From Escherichia phage nieznany, in sequence record NC_052659.1: 64,000 bases of DNA; one strand, given 5' to 3'. The notes below the pieces were generated by a model that searched no databases, had not been told where the DNA came from, and was given only the letters and a program-made list of their open reading frames with translations. Positions 48,448 through 57,222 of this stretch are shown in pieces. Each line of letters begins with the position of its first letter. Positions within the stretch are counted from its first letter, which is position 1. A program made the position numbers and the translations under genes.

Positions 48448-49821
48448 TTAGTTTGCAGTACGGTTAGTCAGGACGTTGACCTGAACTTTAACGTAATGGA
48501 AGAAGCCAGCGTAAACATATTCAATCTTCATCCCATCGACCAGACGAGCATTGATTTGCGCATCAGTCATATCGGCACGAGAAGGAATATAAACAATAGG
48601 TTTCAGATCGACACGCAAACCAGTCTCTTCAGAAGTAACAACTTCATTAGCGATGGAACCGTTGAGGATACCTACTTGGATCGGGTTAGCCAGAACAGCT
48701 TGTCGAATCAAAGCCAGACCGTTTGAAGTAGCACGAACACCACCACCCAGCATAGACTGTTGTTTAAACAGTGTAAACAGTGATTCTTCTGTGCGAGCTT
48801 TAAACCACAAAGCATGAACAACATAGTCAACAAAGAAACCGCTAACCATCAATCCATCACGATAGAACAGAGTTCCATGCTCTTTACGATAGATGTTACC
48901 GTTCTGTTGAACAATATTGTTTTCCGAAGTCTGATCCAGTTTCTCGATCTCTACACCTACCAGTGTTTTACCGTGAAGAGTAGTTAAACCAGGTTGACGA
49001 GAACAGATTGCACCAACAACTGCTGCTTCTGGGAATACAGAATCTGCATCGGTCATCCACAAAGCAAAGCAAGTGTTATTATAACCGAGGTCATTCAGTC
49101 GTTCCAGAACGTTATCTTCTGCTTTCGTTTTAATTCCAGGTTCAGAGCTAGAGAAGAAGTAAACTTTATCATTCTCTTCTACCCATGCAGCCAAAGCTAG
49201 AACATCTTCTGTTTCATGGGAATCTGAAAGGGTCCAGAACCAGCTACTATCAATATCATGCAGAGCAGCGATATCTTCCGTAATAGCATTAGCATAGACA
49301 GTTTCTTGAGTGAAACCTGTGCTGTCAATAGAACCAAACTTACCTTCTACTGGAGTGAAAGTCATTGCAGCGCCGTTGTTAGCTACTGTAAACAGTGGGC
49401 CATAAACAAGATCTGCATTGATCATTTCAGTCAGACCAACTACAATCTCTTGTGCAGTTGCAGTGTCATCAGCAATGAATTTAAATTCTTTTTTCTTGGT
49501 ACCATTTTTGATGGTAATTGTGTAAGTTGCACTATCTTCTACGATTGGAGTTAGAGTAAAGTTTGTAACTTCACGCTTACCAACCATGACTTGATCTGGT
49601 GGGAACAAACCGTTAAACAGTTTGACTGCCATAATATACGCTGGATCATTTAATCCATAACCTGCTTCCAAAAGTGCATCGGAAGAAGAGTAATATTGAA
49701 TCGCTTCGCCAGTTACGTTCTGACCTGTAAGGATCAGGGGAATATCGAACTGGGTTTCACGAATTGATGTAGCACCATACAGTAAAGTTACGGTTGCTAC
49801 CTTTTCACGAAAAGTTGCCAT
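48448..49821 (-). CDS. tail sheath protein
   Basis: 457 aa, position upstream of tube gene (contractile-tail order). Confidence 0.55.
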   Translation of the reverse strand: MATFREKVATVTLLYGATSIRETQFDIPLILTGQNVTGEAIQYYSSSDALLEAGYGLNDPAYIMAVKLFNGLFPPDQVMVGKREVTNFTLTPIVEDSATYTITIKNGTKKKEFKFIADDTATAQEIVVGLTEMINADLVYGPLFTVANNGAAMTFTPVEGKFGSIDSTGFTQETVYANAITEDIAALHDIDSSWFWTLSDSHETEDVLALAAWVEENDKVYFFSSSEPGIKTKAEDNVLERLNDLGYNNTCFALWMTDADSVFPEAAVVGAICSRQPGLTTLHGKTLVGVEIEKLDQTSENNIVQQNGNIYRKEHGTLFYRDGLMVSGFFVDYVVHALWFKARTEESLFTLFKQQSMLGGGVRATSNGLALIRQAVLANPIQVGILNGSIANEVVTSEETGLRVDLKPIVYIPSRADMTDAQINARLVDGMKIEYVYAGFFHYVKVQVNVLTNRTAN

Positions 49822-49855
49822 TTATGCTCCTGTTAGAAACTTAATTCCAATGAGT

Positions 49856-50515
49856 TTATTCGGTAGGGTTGTTAAATAATGATCCATTTTGATTGACTGA
49901 CGAGTATTCGCCTGGAACCAAAGTAATTGCATAAACCCTGTTTAGAATTAAATCTAAAGGGATAGGATCATTGTAACTATCTCTGAATGAACGGATGTGC
50001 ATGTTGATTGCTTCTATTGGTGTAGTAGCAATATCTTCAATACTCATACGAGTGTTGAACGTCATAACCATACGCGCTCTTAATTCAGTCTTATCTCCGT
50101 CTACAATTGTATTGGCTTGAGCTATATTGGAGGCTCCTAAAAAACCAAGACCTTTAGAATAGAGATGTTTGTATTTTAATTCCTCTGCACCACGGAGAGC
50201 AGCCAGAACATAGCTCATCAAAGTGGTAGGTCTTCCACGATAGGCTACAAGTTCAATCTCGTAGGTATTATCCATCTCGTAGGAATACATATCATTTTGA
50301 ATAGAGCTTCGGTAAGACCAACCTCCAGAATCGCTGGAAGTGATAATACGTAGTGCTAGGTAAGGAGTATCCGGTTTAATGAATGGCTTATCCATAACAT
50401 AGACTGGCAACCCCACTAATTCTTGAAGGAAGCCACCTATATTTAAGTAGATGGCATTTTCGTATGCTTCTATTTGTTGGTAAATATTAGCCAAAGTTTC
50501 CTCCTTCTGTTCCAT
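49856..50515 (-). CDS. putative head-tail joining / tail completion protein
   Basis: Position between capsid and sheath genes. Confidence 0.35.
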   Translation of the reverse strand: MEQKEETLANIYQQIEAYENAIYLNIGGFLQELVGLPVYVMDKPFIKPDTPYLALRIITSSDSGGWSYRSSIQNDMYSYEMDNTYEIELVAYRGRPTTLMSYVLAALRGAEELKYKHLYSKGLGFLGASNIAQANTIVDGDKTELRARMVMTFNTRMSIEDIATTPIEAINMHIRSFRDSYNDPIPLDLILNRVYAITLVPGEYSSVNQNGSLFNNPTE

Positions 50516-50936
50516 AAGACCAGGAGTTGTTTTGATCGTCTAATATTGCAACACAGTGATGATGGACTAAGAAAGATGTTCTGGTCCAATCTTTAAGGGA
50601 ATAAACAGAATACCATTTACCATCTATCAGTATTTGATCTGATAACTGTTCTGTTCCTTGTTGTAACCCCTTCATTTCTGTTTTAGTCCAGAAACTATAT
50701 TGAGCCTTAGATCTGTAACCTTCAGGTAGTGCATTCAGTGTTTTACCAGATATCGGTTGTAAGCTTGCCGCTTCAATGGTAAATGGTTCATATTCTACAC
50801 TACTTTCTAAGTTAGCAATAACTGAACCAACTGCCTCTTTGTAGACTCGTCTACGACCTTGGTATTCAGTTAGATCAAGGAGAGTAAATTGATCTAGTAA
50901 CACTTGTATCTCCTTTTTAGTATACATCAAAAACAA
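50487..50936 (-). CDS. putative head-tail connector protein
   Basis: Position. Confidence 0.35.
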   Translation of the reverse strand: MFLMYTKKEIQVLLDQFTLLDLTEYQGRRRVYKEAVGSVIANLESSVEYEPFTIEAASLQPISGKTLNALPEGYRSKAQYSFWTKTEMKGLQQGTEQLSDQILIDGKWYSVYSLKDWTRTSFLVHHHCVAILDDQNNSWSYGTEGGNFG

Positions 50937-50948
50937 AGTTTATGCAAG

Positions 50949-51437
50949 TTATTTTTTAGACTTGCTTTTTGTGATTTTTGTTTCGATTGCATTTATCATG
51001 TGTGCCGTATCTATTAAGATATGATTAGAATAGTTGCCTTTATCTTGTCGTATCTTAATTGTCACAGGAGATAAAGGACGATAACGTTGCATTGCAATCG
51101 CTTGAGCTATTCCTTCTCTAGAGGCTCTCGCTATAGGCTCAAAAACAGCTAACCCGACATTATTCAGTAAGTAATTTGCAAACACCTGCTTCATCTTTTT
51201 AGCGATATTGTTCTGTGAGATAACAGCACCATCTGTTATAAAAGGGCGAGCAGGTATGTTATTTGTTTCATTACCATATTGTTGAATAGCTGCTATTGCA
51301 GGAATAGTGAGATCTGATTCAGGATGCCTTTTGTTTGTTAAAAAACCAGCCTCGATTTGAACTTGTTCAAGGTCCATCATCTTTTTGATAATGGTTTCCC
51401 AATCTGTATCGTCACCTGGTAAGATCTCACTTTCCAT
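50949..51437 (-). CDS. putative head-tail connector protein
   Basis: Position. Confidence 0.35.
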   Translation of the reverse strand: MESEILPGDDTDWETIIKKMMDLEQVQIEAGFLTNKRHPESDLTIPAIAAIQQYGNETNNIPARPFITDGAVISQNNIAKKMKQVFANYLLNNVGLAVFEPIARASREGIAQAIAMQRYRPLSPVTIKIRQDKGNYSNHILIDTAHMINAIETKITKSKSKK

Positions 51438-51985
51438 TATTTGTCCCTACGATAAAAAGAAACAGGTCCGTAATTTCGCAAATAATTAACGTTGCGTGTA
51501 TTACGATCAACACTTGCAACATTACCAAGACCATTCACAGAGTTAGGATCGCTGTTTACTCGATCAATCTCACGAGCATCCACACCACCAATAAGAACTT
51601 TACTGGTTGCTCCTCGTCCTGCCGTGCACCCAGGAATGACCATAAGACCATTTAAATAGTTATGATAAATATCTTCCCACGGAGATTTATAAGTGACTTG
51701 ACCGTTGTTAAATTTAACTTCAACTTCGACTTCACCCATCTTTTCTCTGCGGGACATAGCTCCTCCTGTTTGAGTATTGTTGTTAAGAACATCGTTGTTC
51801 CATAAATACTCTAAAACAGAAATCAAGCTGTTCCACAATACTGCACACTTATCCTTATCTTCATTCCCTATAATATCAATCCAAGTTTGGATGATCTGAA
51901 TCAGCATTGCGTCTGGCAATACTTCTTGAGAAGGGTTATAAACAAGGATTCGGATCAGTGGTGCCAACTCTACCGCATTCAGCAT
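51437..51985 (-). CDS. putative head completion protein
   Basis: Position. Confidence 0.35.
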   Translation of the reverse strand: MLNAVELAPLIRILVYNPSQEVLPDAMLIQIIQTWIDIIGNEDKDKCAVLWNSLISVLEYLWNNDVLNNNTQTGGAMSRREKMGEVEVEVKFNNGQVTYKSPWEDIYHNYLNGLMVIPGCTAGRGATSKVLIGGVDAREIDRVNSDPNSVNGLGNVASVDRNTRNVNYLRNYGPVSFYRRDK

Positions 51986-51994
51986 AAGCCCACC

Positions 51995-52393
51995 TTATTT
52001 TTTACGAAGGGAACGTTTTTTAGCTGGAGTGTCTACCGCTTCTACTTTTAAAACTTCTTCTTTGATTTTTACAGGCGAATAGTCTTCATAACTTACAAGA
52101 TAGTAACCCATGTGTTCTTCACTTGCAAAAGGATGCACAAGAATACCTGTTTCTTCTCTCAAACGCGTGAGGAAGTGAATGAAGTTTCCACCTAATGCAA
52201 TACGACCATCTTTCAGATAGAAAGACATTGGTGGCGCAGATACTAATGTTTTATCAGCATCAATCAGTGGTGAAAGCGATTCGAAATCACGAATCATTTC
52301 GTGATAACTAAAGTAACGTTTCAATTCTGGGTTTGACATATCAATCTCCTCATTGTAAACTCTTATTGTAAACAGAAAAGGCTCGCCCATCAC
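51995..52393 (-). CDS. hypothetical head protein
   Basis: ORF after major capsid gene; ATG at 52390 behind AGAGG more likely than GTG 52393. Confidence 0.4.
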   Translation of the reverse strand: MMGEPFLFTIRVYNEEIDMSNPELKRYFSYHEMIRDFESLSPLIDADKTLVSAPPMSFYLKDGRIALGGNFIHFLTRLREETGILVHPFASEEHMGYYLVSYEDYSPVKIKEEVLKVEAVDTPAKKRSLRKK

Positions 52394-52423
52394 GGACGAG
52401 CCTCTAATATTAACAGAGTTCTA

Positions 52424-53425
52424 TTAAGCCGTAGTCAGTTTAACTACCAGTTCTGGACGGGTGTTAACTGCGAGCAGCGAGAATTCAGACTGAAGCTGAA
52501 TAGTGCGGTGCTGGCTGATCATGAAGGTATACAGTTCACGAGCCTGGGTGTTAGCCAGTTCTGGAGTATCCGCAGGAGCGTAGTGTGCCTGGAACATACC
52601 TTCGATACCCATAGGCAGAACATATGCTTCACCAGCAGGGATGTTACCGTGGATATCTTCAATGTAAGTTACACCGTTCCATTCGAACACCTGAACATCC
52701 ATGTTACCGCTAAGGCGGTCACGCAGAAGGTTAGGAGTTCCCTGGAAATACTGATATGCCTGGCGAACAAATGGAGAGTTAACCAGAGATGCGAAAAACT
52801 CACGAGAACACAGAGCTACGATACGGGTAGCGGTAGAGCCATCTTGTTTAGTATCGATGATGTAAGCACGAGCTTCTTGTTCGATAGTGGCTGCTGGAGA
52901 AACAGTGGTAGAAGCAAAGTCTACAGCAACAGATTTCTGGGTAGCACCCCATTCGGTATACCAGTTGTATGCAGAGTTAGCTGCACCACCTACGCCGTTA
53001 TAGGCACGACCCATAACTGCTTCTGCAAAGATTTTCTCTTTGGTTTTTGCTACGTCACGCAGAATCTGGGACATATAGCGGTTAACAACTTCAGCGTCTG
53101 TGCGCAGAGAGTCATTGATTCCTGCCATTGCAAAGCTACGGAAAGATTGAATATCTTGAGCTTTGATGTTTTTATCCAGAGGGAAGAACGGAATGCGGAA
53201 CGCTTTCAGTTCTGGATTTTTCATGGTCAGGAAGTTACGCTCACCACCACGCTCACGAGCGGAGATCAGAGCATCTTCAGCTTTTTCTTTACCGATTTCA
53301 ATAGCGGTAGTTGAATGATAGTCAACACTGAACAGATTCAGGCTGGCAATCAGTGTATCAGGGGAATCCTGAAGTTCGATCATAGGGCTGAAATCTACAA
53401 CCTGATCTAAAATTACTGCTGGCAT
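52424..53425 (-). CDS. major capsid protein
   Basis: 333 aa, position after scaffold/decoration genes, followed by a hairpin. Confidence 0.6.
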   Translation of the reverse strand: MPAVILDQVVDFSPMIELQDSPDTLIASLNLFSVDYHSTTAIEIGKEKAEDALISARERGGERNFLTMKNPELKAFRIPFFPLDKNIKAQDIQSFRSFAMAGINDSLRTDAEVVNRYMSQILRDVAKTKEKIFAEAVMGRAYNGVGGAANSAYNWYTEWGATQKSVAVDFASTTVSPAATIEQEARAYIIDTKQDGSTATRIVALCSREFFASLVNSPFVRQAYQYFQGTPNLLRDRLSGNMDVQVFEWNGVTYIEDIHGNIPAGEAYVLPMGIEGMFQAHYAPADTPELANTQARELYTFMISQHRTIQLQSEFSLLAVNTRPELVVKLTTA

Positions 53426-53446
53426 TATATTAATCTCCTATTAAAA

Positions 53447-53845
53447 TTAAGAAGTGAAAACGACTTTTTCGGTCAGTTTCAGATCATGTGTTTCCAGTGC
53501 TGCTACGCCAGCGTCATCTACCAGGGAGCCATCTTTGTAGTATACTGCAAAGCGGTTCAGAGTAAGATCACGTACGCCAACAACTGCGGTGAAAGTGTCA
53601 CCTACTGCTACATCGTCAATACCGAACAGAGCATCAGTCCAAAGCAGAACTTTAGCAGCATCGGCAGCTTCAGCTTTAGCAGCTTCAGTGTTGTCAGCTT
53701 TCAGGATAGAACCAATTTTCATGGTTGCTGTTTTAACCAGGTTAACTTCACGTACACAGTGTCCAAGGTCAGAGCTAAACACTCCACCCAGAACCAGGTG
53801 TCCGAATTCCTGGCGAGAGTTAGATAAAGTAATTCCTTTAGCCAT
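53447..53845 (-). CDS. putative head decoration protein
   Basis: 132 aa Ala/Gly/Val-rich ORF immediately upstream of major capsid gene. Confidence 0.3.
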   Translation of the reverse strand: MAKGITLSNSRQEFGHLVLGGVFSSDLGHCVREVNLVKTATMKIGSILKADNTEAAKAEAADAAKVLLWTDALFGIDDVAVGDTFTAVVGVRDLTLNRFAVYYKDGSLVDDAGVAALETHDLKLTEKVVFTS

Positions 53846-53864
53846 TTAATTTAATCTCCTAAGA

Positions 53865-54980
53865 TTATTGTTTCTGGGCTTTTTTAAGTTCAGCAGCTTT
53901 CTGACTAATCAGTTCAGAAGAAGATTTAGCTACAGGTTGAGTATTGATCACATCAACACCACGTTCTGTTCCAAATTCTTTCTTAACTGCGTCCACTTCT
54001 GCACGTGCTTTTTCGAATGCTTTGACGATAGTTTCAGCGATATCTTTATTGTCTACCAGATATTTAACGAGAGCTTCAACTTTGTCTTCTTCTACGAAAG
54101 AATAGGATTTAACAACAGTTGTATATTCTTCTTCGATACGAGCTTGTTCAGCTTTACGAAGTTCTTCTGCTTCCTGTTCTGCCTTAGCGATTTTTTCCTG
54201 TGCTTCAAGTTCTGCGGCTGCACGTGCATCTGCTGCTGCTTTTTCTACAGCTTCAGCGATCTGTGCTTTCATCAGTTCTTGGAATTCAGCAGATTTCAGG
54301 AATTCTTCTTTGTTGATATTTTCCAAAGGGGTTTCTCCTTTATTGATTCCAGTTGTGTTTGCAGATTTATCACCTGCGGGGTTAGCCTCTGCATCCACAG
54401 AGTTTGTATTAGCTTTAGCGTGAGCTTTCACTAAATAATCTTTAACTTGACTTTGTTTCAAGGAACTCTTAACGAGATTACTCAAAGCATCGTCTAAAAC
54501 GTCCTCAAAGAAATCAATGGAGATCATTACATCACCATCAACAACTTGATAATCAGTAACACGAACAACAGGTTTAGCAACCTCTTCAACTTCAACATTC
54601 AGTCCGTCAACTTTAAAGCCAACAGAGAACATACCGTTATCTGAACAGAAAATTGCAACGTTCGCATCGAAGTCAGCATCAATAACGTAAACCCAATCCC
54701 AACCAGCTTCAAATTTTTCACGCACTTTTTCAGAAATGCGATCCATCACTTGTTGAATATAGCTTTTACGTAACTCTGTAACATCTTCTCCCATTTTAGT
54801 GAGAGCTTCTAACTTTTCAAAAGTTATGTCTGGAGATCCGTCTGACTTAAATAAAAGGGGGGTATTATAACCAGATGCCGCTCCACCTTGAAAATCAAAA
54901 GTGTAAGCAATATGAGCACCTAGTGACTCTTCCGTAGCTTTTCCAGAAAAGTCTACGTTAGTTAAATATGTATTTGCCAC
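53865..54980 (-). CDS. putative scaffolding protein (possibly with protease function)
   Basis: C-terminal charged coiled coil KAEQEAEELRKAEQARIEEE; position between portal and capsid. Confidence 0.35.
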   Translation of the reverse strand: MANTYLTNVDFSGKATEESLGAHIAYTFDFQGGAASGYNTPLLFKSDGSPDITFEKLEALTKMGEDVTELRKSYIQQVMDRISEKVREKFEAGWDWVYVIDADFDANVAIFCSDNGMFSVGFKVDGLNVEVEEVAKPVVRVTDYQVVDGDVMISIDFFEDVLDDALSNLVKSSLKQSQVKDYLVKAHAKANTNSVDAEANPAGDKSANTTGINKGETPLENINKEEFLKSAEFQELMKAQIAEAVEKAAADARAAAELEAQEKIAKAEQEAEELRKAEQARIEEEYTTVVKSYSFVEEDKVEALVKYLVDNKDIAETIVKAFEKARAEVDAVKKEFGTERGVDVINTQPVAKSSSELISQKAAELKKAQKQ

Positions 54981-54982
54981 GA

Positions 54983-55462
54983 TTAGTCCTTCTTGACTTT
55001 AACGCCCATTGCGCCTATACTCAAACCTTTAAGAACGCCGTCTTTACGAGCTTGATATAATTCAGGGTCGTTGAATTGGATTTTAACGAGGGGAGTTCCT
55101 TCCACAACGAGTTCGTCACCAATGTAACAATCGACTTCATTTACCCAAGCTTTAATTGGAGAAAACTTATCGGTGTTCTTCATGTGACCAAGATTACCAC
55201 TAATGTTGGTAATATTCTCATTGAAGTTGTCAACCATCTTCCTGATTTCCAAATCAGACATGCGCTCTCCGTGGAGATCGTCTTCTTCAGGTGGACAATA
55301 CAAGACCTCAATAACCTGCATCTTTTCTTCATCAAATTTATTTTGTTTGACTAGAGTTTCAGGTTTTTGAGATGGTATAGAATCTTGTTGGGATTCAGAA
55401 TTCTCTTTAAAACCAGCGAAGGTTTTGAAGAGTTCCCACAGTGTATCTTTATTGAGTTCCAT
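54983..55462 (-). CDS. hypothetical head morphogenesis protein
   Basis: Position downstream of portal. Confidence 0.3.
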   Translation of the reverse strand: MELNKDTLWELFKTFAGFKENSESQQDSIPSQKPETLVKQNKFDEEKMQVIEVLYCPPEEDDLHGERMSDLEIRKMVDNFNENITNISGNLGHMKNTDKFSPIKAWVNEVDCYIGDELVVEGTPLVKIQFNDPELYQARKDGVLKGLSIGAMGVKVKKD

Positions 55463-55498
55463 TTGAAACCTCTTAAAAACAGATATCCCATAAATCTT

Positions 55499-55527
55499 AG
55501 TCTACAGGATATTTGTTGTTTTGTCAA
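55499..55527 (-). promoter_or_regulatory. sigma70-like promoter (TTGACA-17-TAGACT), minus strand
   Basis: Plus-strand TGTCAA at 55522..55527 within CTATTGACAA motif shared with tRNA promoters; weak -10. Confidence 0.3.
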
Positions 55528-55555
55528 TAGAAAAATTAAAAAATATTAAATATTT

Positions 55556-57121
55556 TTAATTCGACAGGTTTTGTGCTGAAGGATCTAAAGCAGAAACAGT
55601 ATCAGATGTTCCAGTTCCCGCTGTAGCTAAACCGTCTCCTGATCGTGAAGTTTTGTCAGGCATATAGTTATCCATGAATTCAAAGAATTTCTCTTTATTG
55701 GCAACAATATCGTCAGGGATGCGATATTCAAAACCAATTTTTTCAAGGAACTCGTTAATAACTTCTGGGGTTAAAGGTATTGCACCAGAGGCTACCAACT
55801 GCTGAATAGCTTTAGCATTTACTTCAATATCAGGATCACCCATTTCACCACTGACAAACTTAGGCATATCTTCATCAGAAAGGAAGATATTGTTTAGTCG
55901 TAGTGTTTGAGGGATCAGTTGAGAGTTTATAGCTTCTACAACAATATCTACATCTCGCTCAATAAAATGAGACAATAGTGTTTGTTTGTTGTCAGAAAGC
56001 GCAAAACTTCCTGCATCACCATCACCCATAATCAACACACCCGCACCAAAGCGGTTATAAATATCTAGCTTGCGTTGTTTGATTAGTGCTTGAGTGTCAA
56101 ACTGTTTACCCGTGCCATCAACACCTTGGAATACAAGATCGTATTGACGCATCACTGTGCCTTCATAAACGTCTGAAGGCAATACCATGTAGGCTTGCTC
56201 ACCAGAGTGCAGGTTAGCGATGTTGGCTTGGAGAACTCGAAGAGATTGTGCTTCATCCCCAGCAGGATCTAAAGATGCCCTGTTTAGAATGTCACTTGGA
56301 ACCTTAAGAACTGGCATACCACCTAAATCTTTAGATACCCCAATAACCTCAAATTCCTGAATAAGAGATTTTTCACGCCAGCTACGATATACAGCTAAAA
56401 GCGGACTAACTCCTAGTGGGTTATTCTCTGTAATGTTGCTACCAACAAATAGAACTTTACTGAAAGGAATTTCTTTAATACCAGTTTCTAAAGTTGTATT
56501 ACCTGGAGCTAACATCGTATTGGTGATATTCTGGTTAACAGATAGAATAGAACGTCCGTCTGCCGAATATGTAAAAGGTTGAGCCATGTGAAGAGTGTCT
56601 TGTGGTCTAAAAGCCAGTTTGGTTAATCGCCAATACCCAAAGTAAGGACTTTTAGGATCTTCATCCAACTCATAAACTTTCTCTGCGAATGCAAAACCAT
56701 ATTGCTTATATGTCAAAAGTGATCTAACATATTGACGTAGAGGGGCTTGCATATTGCGCAACATGTAATCAATAAACTTAGCAGCTTTTCTTGACTTTGC
56801 CGAGTTTACATTGTATTTTATCTTGAAATCAAAGAATGCTCTATCTACAAAGATATATGTAGCGTCAAGAGCAGTAGCTACATCAGGGTCTTCACCCATC
56901 TCTTTAAAAGTGCGAATACATTCTGGGAAACGAGTCTCATAAGGTTGCATGAAATTCGTAAATGCTTTGATTGAGTTTAATCCGATCGTTCCTATTTCAG
57001 GTGACAGGAGTAACGTTTTCTCTTTCTCTGCCTCTTTTGTTGGAGAGAGAGCAGCTTTATTTGCAGCACCTTTGTCCCAGTATTCTGACTTTTTAGTGTA
57101 CGTTCTTTTTCCTGTTGACAC
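55556..57121 (-). CDS. portal protein
   Basis: 521 aa ORF immediately downstream of large terminase. Confidence 0.5.
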   Translation of the reverse strand: MSTGKRTYTKKSEYWDKGAANKAALSPTKEAEKEKTLLLSPEIGTIGLNSIKAFTNFMQPYETRFPECIRTFKEMGEDPDVATALDATYIFVDRAFFDFKIKYNVNSAKSRKAAKFIDYMLRNMQAPLRQYVRSLLTYKQYGFAFAEKVYELDEDPKSPYFGYWRLTKLAFRPQDTLHMAQPFTYSADGRSILSVNQNITNTMLAPGNTTLETGIKEIPFSKVLFVGSNITENNPLGVSPLLAVYRSWREKSLIQEFEVIGVSKDLGGMPVLKVPSDILNRASLDPAGDEAQSLRVLQANIANLHSGEQAYMVLPSDVYEGTVMRQYDLVFQGVDGTGKQFDTQALIKQRKLDIYNRFGAGVLIMGDGDAGSFALSDNKQTLLSHFIERDVDIVVEAINSQLIPQTLRLNNIFLSDEDMPKFVSGEMGDPDIEVNAKAIQQLVASGAIPLTPEVINEFLEKIGFEYRIPDDIVANKEKFFEFMDNYMPDKTSRSGDGLATAGTGTSDTVSALDPSAQNLSN

Positions 57122-57190
57122 TTGTTCCTCCAGTCAGGTATAAAATCGTTAAGGCAAGGCTGTATTATATACAACCTCACCTATCTAGTT

Positions 57191-57219
57191 ATAATACACT
57201 TTAAAGTGACTTTTGTCAA
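57191..57219 (-). promoter_or_regulatory. sigma70-like promoter (TTGACA-17-TATTAT), minus strand
   Basis: Plus TGTCAA 57214..57219 and ATAATA 57191..57196 give consensus-like -35/-10 in the terminase-portal gap. Confidence 0.5.
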
Positions 57220-57222
57220 CAA

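Noticed and set aside
52508-53314. 268-aa plus-strand ORF antisense to the major capsid gene, and similar antisense ORFs at 53868..54434 and 53486..53827
   Set aside because: Embedded opposite long structural genes in a module uniformly transcribed on the minus strand; Cys/Phe-rich composition typical of out-of-frame translation.
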